Below are positions 34,291-34,714 of a DNA stretch of 34,714 nucleotides, piece after piece. The translations under genes were made by a program, and so were the position numbers. The DNA is from Stramenopiles sp. TOSAG23-2 (Eukaryota), in NCBI GenBank assembly GCA_900128395.1, contig LT649348.1, forward strand, positions 1-34,714, given 5' to 3'. The stretch's first letter is position 1. Each line of letters starts with the position of its first letter. The notes beneath the pieces are model-generated. The model saw nothing but the letters and a program-made list of their open reading frames with translations, did no database searches and was not told where the DNA came from.

Positions 34291-34701
34291 TGGAGTTAGT
34301 ATTAGAGCACTTTTCCATGTAAATGGTGAAAATCATGAAAGGTTGAAAACTTTCATTAAAATAATTAATATTAGACTTTGAAACGTTGTATATCCGTTAC
34401 TTATTACGTATATAATGTCTGTAGGTCGTGGTCTGGGGAGTTTAACAGTAAAACCATGTTTACTAAACATATCGTGCATTTTGATCATTTACGCAGATTG
34501 GAGTTAGTATTAGAGCACTTTTCCATCGAAATGGTGAAAATCAGGAAAGGTTGAAAACTTTCATTGAAGTTATTAAAATTAGACTTTCAAACGTTGCATA
34601 TCCGTTGTTTATTACGTATAAAATATCTGTAGGTCGTGGTCTGGGGAGTTTAACAGTAAAACCATGTTTACTAAAGATATCGTGCATTTTGATCATTTAC
34701 G
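34291..34701. repeat. Tandem doublet D, period 208 bp
   Basis: tggagttagtattagagcacttttccat at 34291 and 34499; both end ...atcgtgcattttgatcatttacg. Confidence 0.93.
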
Positions 34702-34714
34702 TTAGGGTTAGAGA
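34702..34714 (+). repeat. Possible start of a telomeric tract (TTAGGG TTAGAG A)
   Basis: One canonical TTAGGG plus one variant at the window end, G-rich strand pointing outward, immediately after doublet D. Confidence 0.25.

Noticed and set aside
32337-34701. CRISPR array or LTR/TIR transposon
   Set aside because: Units are about 180-335 bp adjacent copies without unique spacers; no transposase or RT ORF, terminal inverted repeats or target-site duplication seen.

Overview
This is very AT-rich, intron-poor eukaryotic (protist-like) genomic DNA with AAT/poly-Asn tracts. The taxon cannot be fixed from sequence; a stramenopile-like protist is only a guess. There are five long uninterrupted ORFs: (1) a 1045-aa fusion of a HAD-like domain, a ubiquitin-like/beta-grasp-like segment and a T4-Rnl1-family RNA ligase; (2) a low-complexity basic protein; (3) a coiled-coil plus LRR protein; (4) PWP1; (5) a 5622-aa midasin (MDN1/Rea1), head-to-head with PWP1. 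A fragmented multi-TM gene lies at about 1.05-2.27 kb. A 93-bp piece of the ligase gene is exactly duplicated in frame, and its first 55 bp also occur inverted at window positions 1-55 with the same breakpoint. The PWP1/MDN1 intergenic region carries a near-exact tandem duplication. The last 2.4 kb are a chain of tandem doublets (periods about 183, 295, 335, 201 and 208 bp) ending in TTAGGGTTAG, possibly subtelomeric. The best candidate for a novel system is the HAD-Ubl-Rnl1 RNA-repair fusion. All calls are by-eye motif recognition; no searches were run.
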